Source of the DNA: Spirochaetota bacterium
Lineage (GTDB): Bacteria > Spirochaetota > GWE2-31-10 > JAFGQB01
Length of the DNA stretch: 64,000 bases
NCBI GenBank assembly: GCA_016935915.1
Contig: JAFGQB010000009.1
Location: 99 to 64,098 of the forward strand
Reading direction: 5' to 3'
The notes under the pieces are model-generated. The model was not told the DNA's origin. It searched no databases and was given only the letters and a program-made list of their open reading frames with translations. Below, piece after piece: positions 1 to 10,176 of this stretch. How positions within the stretch are numbered: the first letter of the stretch is position 1; each line of letters starts with the position of its first letter. Made by a program: the position numbers and the translations under genes.

Positions 1-125
1 TGATTGTTAATAATTCTTCCCTCTCTTTCCTCCGTGTTTATCTGTGATCTCCGCGTTCAATAAATTTAATCAATTGTGTTATCTTAATCTATTTTACATT
101 ATAAAAAACTTATTGAACGATCCAT

Positions 126-166
126 GCTTCCGGTCATCTTTAGTGCGCCAAAAAAAAACAGAAGCT
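126..166. repeat. Dispersed element copy A
   Basis: GCTTCCGGTCATCTTTAGTGCGCCA9CAGAAGCT. Bases 126-143 are the exact reverse complement of 40761-40778. It lies just downstream of the mtnA stop. Confidence 0.8.
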
Positions 167-192
167 CTTTATATCCTTTAGGTAAAAACTTT

Positions 193-1287
193 TTACACCG
201 ACATCTTTCCGAAAAACTTTTCCAGTTCATGAGGTTTGCAAATTCCTTTTTCGGTAATAAGCCCTGTAATAAGACGTGCAGGCGTTACATCAAAACCGTA
301 GTTAAGAGCCTTTGTTTTTTCAGCAAAGAGTCTTACATTTTCAACCTTTTTATTAAGATATCCTTCAATGTACAAGACTTCATCTTCTGTTCTCTCTTCT
401 ATGGGAATCTGTTTTCCTGAAATTAAAGTCCAGTCTATTGTAGGCGAAGGAAGTGCTACATAAAAAGGAATATTGTTGTCTGCCGCTGCAAGTGCTTTTT
501 GATATGTTCCGATTTTATTTGCAACATCACCGTTTGAAGTTGTCCTGTCAGTTCCTACGATTACGATATCCACTTTGCCGGTCTGCATTAAATGTCCGCC
601 GGTATTGTCGCATATTACTGTGTTGGGAACCTGAGCCTGCTGAAGCTCCCATGCAGTGAGTTTGCCCTGATTGCGGGGTCTGGTTTCTTCTACCCAGACA
701 TGAATATCGATTTTTCTATTAAATGCTTCATAAATTGATGCTGTTGCTGTGCCTATGTCAACAGTTGCCAGAGCACCTGCATTGCAGTGTGTTAGTATCT
801 CTACTGTTTTTCCGTTTTTATTTTTTGCGATATTTTCGATTAATTTAACTCCGTTTAATCCGATATTTCTATTAATTTCAACATCCTCATCAGCAATTAT
901 AATAGCCGTTTTTAATGCGGTTTCTATTTTTTCGTCAATTGTTTTTGTTTTTTTTATTTCATTAAGCATTCTGTTTAATCCCCATTTGAGGTTTATTGCA
1001 GTGGGACGTGTTGATTCGAGCAGTTTTGCCATATTAATGATATAATCATCAAAATCTTTTTTATCTTTGCCGTTGATGCATGCAAGATAGATTCCGTATC
1101 CTGCAGCTGCGCCGATCAAAGGAGCGCCTCTTAAATGCATTTCTTTGATTGCAGCAGCCATTTCTTCAACATTATTTATTTTTTCAATCACAAATTCAAA
1201 CGGCAGAAATCTTTGATCTATTATTTCAATGCTTTTTTTATCATCAGCGAGCCATATTGTTCTGTAATTTTTTCCATTTATTATCAT
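193..1287 (-). CDS. mtnA: S-methyl-5-thioribose-1-phosphate isomerase
   Basis: Motifs IIDQRFLP, LRGAPLIG, RPTAINL, LTHCNAG, ETRPRNQG, DVANKIGT, FDVTP. Start moved to ATG 1287, which has an AAGGA RBS upstream. Confidence 0.93.
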   Translation of the reverse strand: MIINGKNYRTIWLADDKKSIEIIDQRFLPFEFVIEKINNVEEMAAAIKEMHLRGAPLIGAAAGYGIYLACINGKDKKDFDDYIINMAKLLESTRPTAINLKWGLNRMLNEIKKTKTIDEKIETALKTAIIIADEDVEINRNIGLNGVKLIENIAKNKNGKTVEILTHCNAGALATVDIGTATASIYEAFNRKIDIHVWVEETRPRNQGKLTAWELQQAQVPNTVICDNTGGHLMQTGKVDIVIVGTDRTTSNGDVANKIGTYQKALAAADNNIPFYVALPSPTIDWTLISGKQIPIEERTEDEVLYIEGYLNKKVENVRLFAEKTKALNYGFDVTPARLITGLITEKGICKPHELEKFFGKMSV

Positions 1288-1486
1288 ATTTATTCCTTGT
1301 CCATGAATTAATTTAATTGATAAAATCAAACCTGTTAATATAATTAAAAAAAAATTTCATTCAGATATTAAAAAAAAAAAATTAATATATCAAGATTTTT
1401 ATTAAAATTTTTTTGTAAATATTTGTATAATAAATAAATGAGAAATCTTTATTATTGTAAATTATAAAAAAGAAAGGAGATAACTT

Positions 1487-1900
1487 ATGCAAAAAAGCAG
1501 AGTTACATTATTAAATGATATGCATTTTGAAGGTGAACTTGACGGCTTTAAGATCAATCTGGATGCCGATACAGAATTTGGCGGTAAAAACAGTGGTCCC
1601 AGGCCAAAAGGACTTTTACTGACATCTCTAACAGGCTGTACCGCAATGGATGTGATAAGCATATTGAGAAAAATGAGATCAGAACCGGAAGAATTTTATG
1701 TGGAAGCTCAAGCAGAACAGACTGAAACACATCCGAAAATTTTTAAAGCAATAACCGTTATATACTATTTTAAAGGCGGGAATGTAACAGAGGAGAAAGC
1801 AAAAAAAGCAATTGATTTGAGCCTGGAAAATTACTGCGGGGTTTCTGCAATGCTTTCCAAAAGCACTCCTATTGATTATAAAATTGTGATTGATAAATGA
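1487..1900 (+). CDS. OsmC/YhfA family protein
   Basis: GPRPKGLLLTSLTGCTAMDV ... YCGVS two-Cys pattern; AAGGAG RBS. Confidence 0.88.
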   Translation: MQKSRVTLLNDMHFEGELDGFKINLDADTEFGGKNSGPRPKGLLLTSLTGCTAMDVISILRKMRSEPEEFYVEAQAEQTETHPKIFKAITVIYYFKGGNVTEEKAKKAIDLSLENYCGVSAMLSKSTPIDYKIVIDK

Positions 1901-1915
1901 ATTAAAGGAGCTGTT

Positions 1916-2464
1916 ATGGATTTTGACAATGTTGTGAATAAAAGGCGGTCTTTCAGGTCTTTGGAGCAGGTACAAATTTCGGATAATGATATTTTACAGC
2001 TTGCAAAAACCTCATCCCTTGCTCCTTCCTGCTATAACAATCAACCATGGAGATACATATTTGTCAGAGAAAGGAACAAACTCAATGAAATGTTTGATGC
2101 TTTAAGTGAGGGAAATGCCTGGGCTAAATCGTCATCCATGATAATAGTTGTTTACTCAAAAAAAGAGCTTGATTGTGCAATGAAAGACGGCAGGGACTAT
2201 TACAAATTTGACACTGGTATTTCATGCGGATTTTTAATGCTTAAAGCAGCAGAGTTAGGTTTTGTGGCACATCCTATAGCAGGGTATGATCCTGAAAAGG
2301 TAAAACGGATTTTAGATATTGAATCTGGATTTGAGGTTTTGACATTGATAATTGTTGGAAAACATTCTGAAGTCATAAATCCTGTTCTAAAGGATTACCA
2401 GATTGAATTTGAAAAAAAAAGACCGGAGAGAAAAAAAATTGAGGATTTTATAAAAATTATATAG
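1916..2464 (+). CDS. Nitroreductase family protein
   Basis: KRRSFR, LAPSCYNNQPW, FDTG and LGFVAHPIAG motifs; AAGGAG RBS. Confidence 0.9.
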   Translation: MDFDNVVNKRRSFRSLEQVQISDNDILQLAKTSSLAPSCYNNQPWRYIFVRERNKLNEMFDALSEGNAWAKSSSMIIVVYSKKELDCAMKDGRDYYKFDTGISCGFLMLKAAELGFVAHPIAGYDPEKVKRILDIESGFEVLTLIIVGKHSEVINPVLKDYQIEFEKKRPERKKIEDFIKII

Positions 2465-2652
2465 AATAAATATCATATTTTTTTATCTAATTCTTTTGCT
2501 TAGATTATATAAAAACTCCAAATAATATTTAAAAAAAACAGTTGAAAAATTTTTGCAAAATTAATAATATCATTAAAAATATTAAATATGAAATTAGTTA
2601 TTTTGATAAGTGAAAAATAGAATATAATTTTATTTAAAGTTGGAGTGCTTTT

Positions 2653-5412
2653 ATGAGTAAAGGATTTAATTCAATTAAACAATATTTATTATTAAACGAT
2701 AAAAGAAGAAATTTAACCAGTATATTTTTAATGCTTGGCTTGATTTTATTGTTTTTTCTTCCTGGATTACTTCAGTTTGAAAAGGTTATGAGAGTCGATG
2801 GTCCATGGCAGGCTTTCCCGAAAATGCTTTCAATTGCCAGGCACATTAAAAACGGTGAGATTCCCTTATGGAATCCAGAAACGTTCCTGGGCGGAAAACC
2901 ATTTTATTCTATGTATGAAGGACCTTTATATAATGTGTTTCTTTATCCTTTTTATCTGATAGCTGATCCTGATAATTACACTCAATCCTATTATGTTTTA
3001 TATCTGATTCCGTATATGCTGTATGTTTTGTTCGGAGCATTGGGCTTTTATTATTTCGGAAGAAAAATATTAAAAATAAATTATATTGGCTCTATTGTCC
3101 TTGGTTTATCTTATTCTTTGGCTCCTCATATTATGCTTTATATTGATTCATTCCATCCCGCTGTTATTTATGCTCTTATTCCATGGACACTCTACAGTAT
3201 ATGTCAGTATCTGGAAAATAGAAAATTAAAATGGTGGCTTTTAGGTTTATTGTTTTTAGTTATGATGGAATTGGTCTATGACACTAATACAATTATAAGG
3301 GTTTACTTTGTAATTTCAGTAATTTTATTTTTAATCTGGATATTTATTTATTCAAAAAGAGAAAAACCGATATTAACTCTATTCGGTCTTGGCACTATGT
3401 TTGTATTCAGCATCTGTATATTGGCTTTTATGTGGACTTCAATATTTGAAGGTGTTTCATGGTTTAAAGATTCCAATAAGATGACTTATAAGGAAATCGT
3501 AAAATATTTTACTTCTAATGTATGGCCGGGATTTTTGGTAACATTATTTATACCGAACTTAACCGGATTAAATCCGGGTTATCATGCCTGGGGTAAGGCT
3601 ATAGGAGGAGATCATAATATTATTATGACCGGCGGACTTGCTATAGGTTTCTGTGTATTTATATGTATTATATATGTTATTTATTATAATAAAACAAAAA
3701 TGTTTAAAGACATTAAAAATAAAAAGAAGAGAGATGGTCAAGCTGACAAAACAAGAGAAAGTGAATTTGAAAAAAGCCATAATAAAGACAGAATACTTTT
3801 TTCATGGATAATTATCAGCTTGATAATTTATTTTACAACAATACTTGTAATGATGGGCAAAAATACTTTTGTTTATTTTATTTTATGTAAAATACTCCCT
3901 TTTTTATTTGAAGTCCCATATCCGTTTTATTTCAGATTTGCGCAGTGTTTAAGCGCTTCCATCCTTGCAGGGATTGGGATTTCGCTTATATTTGAACATA
4001 AATATATGAAAGAAAAAATAATAAATATAAAATTTATCACAATATATCTTTTTGTAGTTGTTATTTTTACATTGATCCCTTTTTTTGAAATGATGGATGT
4101 TCAGTTAATTAAGGATAATACAAATAATAATTTACCATATATTAAGTCCTTGCTTGATCATTTTAATTCACAGTCTGTTAAACAAATTCCTGCATATAAG
4201 ACCATTAAATATTTTAATGAACTTAAATGGCTGTTATATAATCCGTTTGCTTATGCTGCATTGTTTTTTGTTTTTTTAATTATTTTTTATAAACTGGAAC
4301 CCGAGAGTTTAAAAATTTTCATTTTTATAATAATTTTATTTGATGTGCTTTTCTTCGGTTATATCAGTTTTTATAAAAATGATAACATCGGACGTTTAGG
4401 TGATAGAACTATTCAGCAAAAAATGAACATGCTCAGAGCTGGTGTTCCCAGGGAACACCCGATCTTTAAGTTGGCAGTGAAACTGAAGGAAAAACTTAAA
4501 TCTGATAATTACAGATTTATTTCCCCTGTTTCAGACAGAGACAATGCAGCATGGATTATGGGTGAAAGATCCGCCTGCGGTTATGACGGCAAACCTATTT
4601 TTAAAAATGTTCAAGAAGCTTTAACTGTTTTTATGAATAATTGGCCATATCATATGACCACTATAAATTTTCCTATTCACTTTTTAGATAACATGAACAT
4701 AGGGCATCTTGTTATTCCTGAGGGATTGTTAGATGAAAAAGGTATTGAAGATATTGTTTTTTATACAAATAATCCTGAATATTCAAGACTTAATAATTCA
4801 AGGGTTTACAGAATCAAAAACATGGAAGTCGAAAAAAGCGTCAGAAATGAAATAAAATCTTCAAGGCATCATTTAATAAAATTAAAAGAACCAATGCCTT
4901 ATTTATATACTCTTGATAAACTGATTGTTTTACATGAATTTGATCAGTTAAATGAATTGGTTAATAATGATTTGAGAAAGCATATCTGTATTAATTATGA
5001 TGATGCTGCTGAAATTCCAATTAATATATCCTATTTTTCAACCGATCAACCGGATTATTTGGAGTATTTCAAAAAAGAGCAGGCGATAAATAGAATTTTC
5101 AAGTTCAATCGTTCCCTTGCCAATAAATTATCATTAAATGCTGAAATAAATAAAAGCACAATGCTGGTAAGGTCAGAAGCATACCATAAAGACTGGAAGG
5201 TATTTATTAATGGTAAAAAAACAAAGGTATATAATGTAAATTATCTTCAACAGGGGATTTATCTAGAGCCTGGAGAATATGAAATTGTTTTTGTTTTTTT
5301 TCCTGAGAGTTTAAAAAAAGGATTGATATTATCTTTATATGTTGCCGTAGCTTTGTTATTATTTTCCGCAATATGGTTTATAATTGAGAGGAAAAAAATA
5401 AAAAAGGATTAA
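2653..5412 (+). CDS. YfhO-like GT-C fold membrane glycosyltransferase, paralog 1
   Basis: GEIPLWNPETFLGGKPF near the N-terminus, more than 10 hydrophobic segments, GYD motif, and YfhO-type C-terminus (SEAYHKDWKVFING...VNYLQQGIYLEPGEYEIVFVFFPES plus a TM helix). Confidence 0.8.
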   Translation: MSKGFNSIKQYLLLNDKRRNLTSIFLMLGLILLFFLPGLLQFEKVMRVDGPWQAFPKMLSIARHIKNGEIPLWNPETFLGGKPFYSMYEGPLYNVFLYPFYLIADPDNYTQSYYVLYLIPYMLYVLFGALGFYYFGRKILKINYIGSIVLGLSYSLAPHIMLYIDSFHPAVIYALIPWTLYSICQYLENRKLKWWLLGLLFLVMMELVYDTNTIIRVYFVISVILFLIWIFIYSKREKPILTLFGLGTMFVFSICILAFMWTSIFEGVSWFKDSNKMTYKEIVKYFTSNVWPGFLVTLFIPNLTGLNPGYHAWGKAIGGDHNIIMTGGLAIGFCVFICIIYVIYYNKTKMFKDIKNKKKRDGQADKTRESEFEKSHNKDRILFSWIIISLIIYFTTILVMMGKNTFVYFILCKILPFLFEVPYPFYFRFAQCLSASILAGIGISLIFEHKYMKEKIINIKFITIYLFVVVIFTLIPFFEMMDVQLIKDNTNNNLPYIKSLLDHFNSQSVKQIPAYKTIKYFNELKWLLYNPFAYAALFFVFLIIFYKLEPESLKIFIFIIILFDVLFFGYISFYKNDNIGRLGDRTIQQKMNMLRAGVPREHPIFKLAVKLKEKLKSDNYRFISPVSDRDNAAWIMGERSACGYDGKPIFKNVQEALTVFMNNWPYHMTTINFPIHFLDNMNIGHLVIPEGLLDEKGIEDIVFYTNNPEYSRLNNSRVYRIKNMEVEKSVRNEIKSSRHHLIKLKEPMPYLYTLDKLIVLHEFDQLNELVNNDLRKHICINYDDAAEIPINISYFSTDQPDYLEYFKKEQAINRIFKFNRSLANKLSLNAEINKSTMLVRSEAYHKDWKVFINGKKTKVYNVNYLQQGIYLEPGEYEIVFVFFPESLKKGLILSLYVAVALLLFSAIWFIIERKKIKKD

Positions 5413-5416
5413 TGAA

Positions 5417-8164
5417 ATGAATTTATTTGAATCAGGCTTTTTTAAAAGAATCAATTTAATGTTTACAAAATCAGATGAAAAAAGCGATTTATTTTATATA
5501 ATATTGATCCTGCTTATAATCCTTTGCTTTATGATGCCTGCGATTTTCGGCAGGGAATATTTATTGCGCGTTGACTCCCATAAGCAGGCTCTCCCCCGGC
5601 TTATTGCAGTTTCACGTTTTGTTCAATCGGGAGAGATACCTTTATGGGATCCTAACTGTTTTTTGGGAGCCCGTCCATTTTACGCTATGTATGAAAGTCC
5701 CATTTATAATATATTATTATATCCTTTCTATTTGTTTGCTGACTGCAACAATCAGACTCAAGCTTATTATGTACTTTTTTTAATTCCTTTTATTTTATTT
5801 GTAATGATATCAGCTGTTGGAAGTTATTTATTTTCGCGGCAAATAATCAGGATGAACAAACTCGGGTCGTTGATAACGGGAATTGTATATGCATTAAGCC
5901 CTCATATGGCAATTTCCATGATGTCTCTTCATAATACGGTCGTTTTTGCTTATTTGCCATGGGTTTTATTTGCAGCCTGTAAATTTTTTGAAAAAAGAAA
6001 TATCAGTTGGTGGGTGATAGGTGTCATTTTTTTAGCCATGCTATCTACTGCCTGCAACACCAATTTTACTATAAGAGCATATTTTGTTACAGCGGTAATT
6101 TTATTCTTTGCATGGATTTTTATTTACAGAAAGAAAGATAGATCATTTATGGCATTTGGTTTGATAATAGCAATGTACATTTTCAGCATTATTTTATCTG
6201 CTGTTATGTGGCTTTCTGTTCTGGAAGGAATATCATGGCTTTTAACAGGTACAAAATTTACTTATGAACAGATAGTAGAATATTTTACCTCAAATGTTTG
6301 GCCTGGACATCTAGTCACTCTTTTTATTCCAACTTTTAGCGGTTTAAATCCCGGGAATAATGCATGGGGAAATGCTATCGGGGGAGATCATAATATTATA
6401 TTTACAGGAGGATTGTTCATAGGTCTTGCAATATTTTCCTCTTTGATTTTCTGCATTAATTTTTATAAAAAGCTTGGTAATGATGAAAAAAAGAAAAAAA
6501 AATCAAGAAAGGTTTTTAAAAAAGATGCGGTTGATGAATTGGATAATAATGAAATAATATATCACTGGTTAATTATTGGTTTTATAATTTATTCCATAAC
6601 AATCCTGGTCATGATGGGTAAATATACGCCGGTGTATAGAATTTTATGCACAATGTTACCGTGGTTTTTTCAAGTTCCGTTTCCTTTTTATTATCAATTT
6701 GCGCAATCATGGGCAGCATCTTTACTGGCTGGAGCAGGGATCTATCTGTTGTTTAATAATGAAAATATAATTGATGTTATTTTTATAAGAAAATATATTT
6801 TTTATTATGCTGCAGTTGTTGTATTTTTGGGATTCATAACTCTAATTGAAAAATTTAATGTAAATCTTCTGCATGATGTGTTTTATTTAAGCAAAAGATA
6901 CCCACAAATTGTTGAAATTATCAAACAGTTTAATTCTGATTATATATATTCTTGGCAGTCTTTATTTTTTTTAAATAAGTTCAATTGGTTTATTACAAAT
7001 CCTGTTCTTTATTTTTTTATATTTTTGATTTTGTCGATTTTATCCGTATTTTTTATGAAAAATGAAGTTATAAAGAAGATAATGTTGATAGGATTATTAT
7101 TTGATTCTTTATTTTTCGGTTATATTACATATTTTAAAAATGATAATATAACATATCTTAATGAAAGAAATTTACATGATTATTGGACGCAGATGAGGTC
7201 GTTTACGCTGGAAGATTATCCGTACTATAAAGTTGCCGAAACAGTAAAAAAGATATCGGAAGAAAATAAATACAGGTGGATGTCTGCAATATCAGACAGG
7301 GACAACATGGCATGGATTACCAACGGGAGGTCAGCATTCGGTTATGATTCCAAGCCTTTAATAACGGAAATGAATAATGTTATAAATTCATTTATGCAGG
7401 GATGGCCTTATGAGCTGTATTCCAACTATTTTCCAATAAATTATTTAAGAAATATTAATGTAAAATACCTTGTTGTACCGGAAGGTCTTTTGGATGATGA
7501 CGGAATGAAAATAAAAGTAATAAATGGCATGAAGGTATATGAAATATATAACAATGATAAAATAAAAGAAAAAGAGGAGAGGGGATTTAATTTTTTTACT
7601 TTATTAAAAAATGAAAATATTAATCTTTTAGATCTTCAAGAACCGCTTCCTTATATTTATACCCAGGACAAATTAATTAAGATTGATCATGATAAACAGC
7701 TAGACTATCTTATTAATGAAAATCTTAAAAAATATGCAGTTTTAGATAATGATAATAATAAAATTGTAATACAAAATGATTTAATTTCAAAATCAATAGA
7801 TGATTATGAAGAAAATTTTAATGATCTCCAGAAAGCAAATAATATAGTTGTCATTAAAAGAACCGCAAATACTCTTGAACTTAAAGCTGATATAACAAAA
7901 CCCTCATTGCTTATAAGATCAGATATGTACCATAAAGGATGGAGTGTCAGAGTGGACGGAATCAAAAAAGAATTGATTAAGACCAATTATATGCTGCAGG
8001 GTGTCTGGCTTGAAAAAGGGGAACATACAGTGAAATTTTCATTTTTCCCCGATAGCATTAAAAACGGATTAATTATAACTTCAACTGCAGTAGTTATTTT
8101 AATTATTTTATTATTAGTTGAATTGTATTTAAAAAGAGATAAAATCAGACAAAAAATAAGATAA
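5417..8164 (+). CDS. YfhO-like GT-C fold membrane glycosyltransferase, paralog 2
   Basis: Colinear paralog of the previous gene (GEIPLWDP, YFTSNVWPG, AIGGDHNII, SDRDN, GYD, YHKGWSVRVDG, GEHTVKFSFFP). Confidence 0.8.
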   Translation: MNLFESGFFKRINLMFTKSDEKSDLFYIILILLIILCFMMPAIFGREYLLRVDSHKQALPRLIAVSRFVQSGEIPLWDPNCFLGARPFYAMYESPIYNILLYPFYLFADCNNQTQAYYVLFLIPFILFVMISAVGSYLFSRQIIRMNKLGSLITGIVYALSPHMAISMMSLHNTVVFAYLPWVLFAACKFFEKRNISWWVIGVIFLAMLSTACNTNFTIRAYFVTAVILFFAWIFIYRKKDRSFMAFGLIIAMYIFSIILSAVMWLSVLEGISWLLTGTKFTYEQIVEYFTSNVWPGHLVTLFIPTFSGLNPGNNAWGNAIGGDHNIIFTGGLFIGLAIFSSLIFCINFYKKLGNDEKKKKKSRKVFKKDAVDELDNNEIIYHWLIIGFIIYSITILVMMGKYTPVYRILCTMLPWFFQVPFPFYYQFAQSWAASLLAGAGIYLLFNNENIIDVIFIRKYIFYYAAVVVFLGFITLIEKFNVNLLHDVFYLSKRYPQIVEIIKQFNSDYIYSWQSLFFLNKFNWFITNPVLYFFIFLILSILSVFFMKNEVIKKIMLIGLLFDSLFFGYITYFKNDNITYLNERNLHDYWTQMRSFTLEDYPYYKVAETVKKISEENKYRWMSAISDRDNMAWITNGRSAFGYDSKPLITEMNNVINSFMQGWPYELYSNYFPINYLRNINVKYLVVPEGLLDDDGMKIKVINGMKVYEIYNNDKIKEKEERGFNFFTLLKNENINLLDLQEPLPYIYTQDKLIKIDHDKQLDYLINENLKKYAVLDNDNNKIVIQNDLISKSIDDYEENFNDLQKANNIVVIKRTANTLELKADITKPSLLIRSDMYHKGWSVRVDGIKKELIKTNYMLQGVWLEKGEHTVKFSFFPDSIKNGLIITSTAVVILIILLLVELYLKRDKIRQKIR

Positions 8165-8205
8165 TTTTTTAAAATAGCTTAGTAGACTGTATAAACTTTA
8201 AAATA

Positions 8206-9282
8206 TTATTCTTCTATAAAATCACTGTTAGGTCTTACGAATATGGATTTATTTATGACCAGGGATATTGTAGGTATATCAAGATTAAATATCAGATTGA
8301 ACATATTGGCACCTAACTGTTTGCACGTTATGCATGCGGGCATAGGCATTTCTTTCCATGCTTTTTTAAATCCTATTTTATAAGTATTTAAAGGTTTATA
8401 TTCTTTCCCGACCCTGCAGCAAGGTAAAAGATAGCCGTCTGTATCAATAATTATTGAAAAAATACCAGCCTGACATTTAATAACCTTAAAATCCTTTGGG
8501 ATTTTTTCACCTTTAAAAATCCTGTATTTATTAAAATCAGGCCATTTTAAGATGTATTCCATGACCTTTTTGCCTATAACAAGTCTTTGATTATAATTTT
8601 CAATCTGGTAATTTAAAAGCTTTTTTAAGTTTTCTTCAGTAATATCTTCTTTTCTCTGATTAAAACCGGTACCTTCAGTGTATTCTGGAGCAATGATTTC
8701 CATATTAACTATACAGTCATATTTGTCGGCGATCTTAAAAAGATTTTCTAGTTTATAATCTGTAGCATTTGTTATGGTGCATTGTATCTGTACCTTCGAC
8801 CCTTTGCTTTTTGCAAAAGCGATTGCGTCCATTACCTTGTCCCAGACTCCTTTGCCTCTGTGTAATTCGTGCACTTCTTTACTGTCGTCAACACTTATTG
8901 TAAGCTGATCAAGAAGAGGCAGTATATCCTCATGTTTTTTTAACAGCAAACCGTTTGTAGTCAATGATACCATCAAGCCCAGATCGTGTGCATATTTTAC
9001 TATTTCTCTTATATCTTTTCTAATTAATGGCTCACCACCTGTTAATGTTATTCGTCTTGTACCTGATTGCTTCAGTTCTTTTATTAATGTTTTTAACTGT
9101 TCGCTTGTTGGGTCATTATAGCCTCTCTCCGGATAATTGGCAAAACAATATGAGCAGTGAAGATTGCAGTTGTCAGTTACTCTTATATGTGCCTGTATAG
9201 GCACTCTTTTGCCTCTGATGATTTTTAATAATAATAAAAAGCCGCTAATAAAAAAATTGATTAAATCCATTCTATTCCTCAT
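8206..9282 (-). CDS. Radical SAM protein with C-terminal SPASM/twitch-like Cys cluster
   Basis: CNLHCSYC (CxxxCxxC), TGGEPL, LTTNG, ISVD; C-terminal CQAG...DTDGYLLPCC...CITC. Confidence 0.9.
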   Translation of the reverse strand: MRNRMDLINFFISGFLLLLKIIRGKRVPIQAHIRVTDNCNLHCSYCFANYPERGYNDPTSEQLKTLIKELKQSGTRRITLTGGEPLIRKDIREIVKYAHDLGLMVSLTTNGLLLKKHEDILPLLDQLTISVDDSKEVHELHRGKGVWDKVMDAIAFAKSKGSKVQIQCTITNATDYKLENLFKIADKYDCIVNMEIIAPEYTEGTGFNQRKEDITEENLKKLLNYQIENYNQRLVIGKKVMEYILKWPDFNKYRIFKGEKIPKDFKVIKCQAGIFSIIIDTDGYLLPCCRVGKEYKPLNTYKIGFKKAWKEMPMPACITCKQLGANMFNLIFNLDIPTISLVINKSIFVRPNSDFIEE

Positions 9283-9320
9283 TAAATAATATATTTTTTT
9301 ACATATAAGTAATATTTTAC

Positions 9321-9496
9321 TTAATTAGTTCTAGGTGAATAATTCAATAAATTCATTTCCTTGTCATTTCGACCAAAGGGAGAAATCTTTTAAACATTTA
9401 ACGATTTAAGATTTCTCGGGCTTTTAAGCCCTCGAAATGACAAAAAAATTTTTAATAATTCTTACTTAAAATAATTATTCACCATGAACTAATTAA
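9321..9496. mobile_element. Putative MITE-like element (24-bp terminal inverted repeats) enclosing a REP-like cruciform
   Basis: 9321-9344 TTAATTAGTTCTAGGTGAATAATT against 9473-9496 AATTATTCACCATGAACTAATTAA (22/24 complementary). Inner stems are TTGTCATTTCGA/TCGAAATGACAA, GAGAAATCTT/AAGATTTCTC and GGGCTT/AAGCCC. Confidence 0.6.
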
Positions 9497-9573
9497 TTTT
9501 ATCTTTACATTAATTTTTATAATATTGTCAACATTTTTATAATTTTTATAATATTTTATTTATTTTTATTAAG

Positions 9574-9602
9574 TTGACAATTTTTGTATTTTTTTTTATT
9601 AT
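9574..9602 (+). promoter_or_regulatory. Putative sigma70 promoter of gtrA-like/methyltransferase pair
   Basis: TTGACA-N17-TATTAT about 26 bp upstream of the ATG. Confidence 0.5.
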
Positions 9603-9628
9603 CACCAATATTTTAAACGGAGATTTTT

Positions 9629-10150
9629 ATGAATGAAAAGATTGCTGACCGCCCCAAAACTTTTATTGAAAAGATACTTAAGACAAAGTTCATGAACTGG
9701 TCAATAAATTTATTGGAAAAAATGTTTAAAACAAAAATTACCACACTTATTGCAGAACTTTTTAAAACTGCCGCTGTAGGCGGTCTCGGTGTGGTGGTTA
9801 ATATGTCATTGTTTTTTTTATTTACTGTTTTAAATGCTAAAATTTTTAATCTGACAGGCGCTGAAGAAAAAATATATTTAATTACATGTCAGGTGTTTAT
9901 TCATATAATTTTAATAACTATGAGCTTTTTTATGCAAAAATATTTTACCTTTAAAAAAGTGGACAATACAAAAGAACAACTGGTAAAATTTATTCTTCAG
10001 TCTATCTCATATTTTTTATTTGATACATTATTTACAATAGGGTTTAATGAATGGTTGAAAATCCCGAAAATGATTTCAAAGCTTATTTCTGTATTTATAT
10101 TGTTTTTTTACAGCTTTTTAACTCAAAAGTTATGGATATTCAAAAGATAG
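9629..10150 (+). CDS. GtrA family protein (lipid-linked sugar flippase-like)
   Basis: FKTAAVGGLGVVVN, SFFMQKYFTF, KFIL, SKLIS, YSFLTQKLWIF; four TM segments. Confidence 0.85.
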   Translation: MNEKIADRPKTFIEKILKTKFMNWSINLLEKMFKTKITTLIAELFKTAAVGGLGVVVNMSLFFLFTVLNAKIFNLTGAEEKIYLITCQVFIHIILITMSFFMQKYFTFKKVDNTKEQLVKFILQSISYFLFDTLFTIGFNEWLKIPKMISKLISVFILFFYSFLTQKLWIFKR

Positions 10151-10176
10151 TTATATTATCAAATTAAGAGGAATAT

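Noticed and set aside
20-60. CTCCGTG/TCTGTG/CTCCGCG short degenerate repeats at the window start
   Set aside because: Only three loose units at the window edge, too weak to call a repeat family.
126-166. Dispersed element as a c-di-GMP-I or other riboswitch
   Set aside because: It lacks the GNRA tetraloop/receptor architecture, and most copies are 3' of genes.
9511-9553. ATTTTTATAAT repeated three times
   Set aside because: Low-complexity AT sequence in a divergent promoter region; likely chance or -10-like elements.
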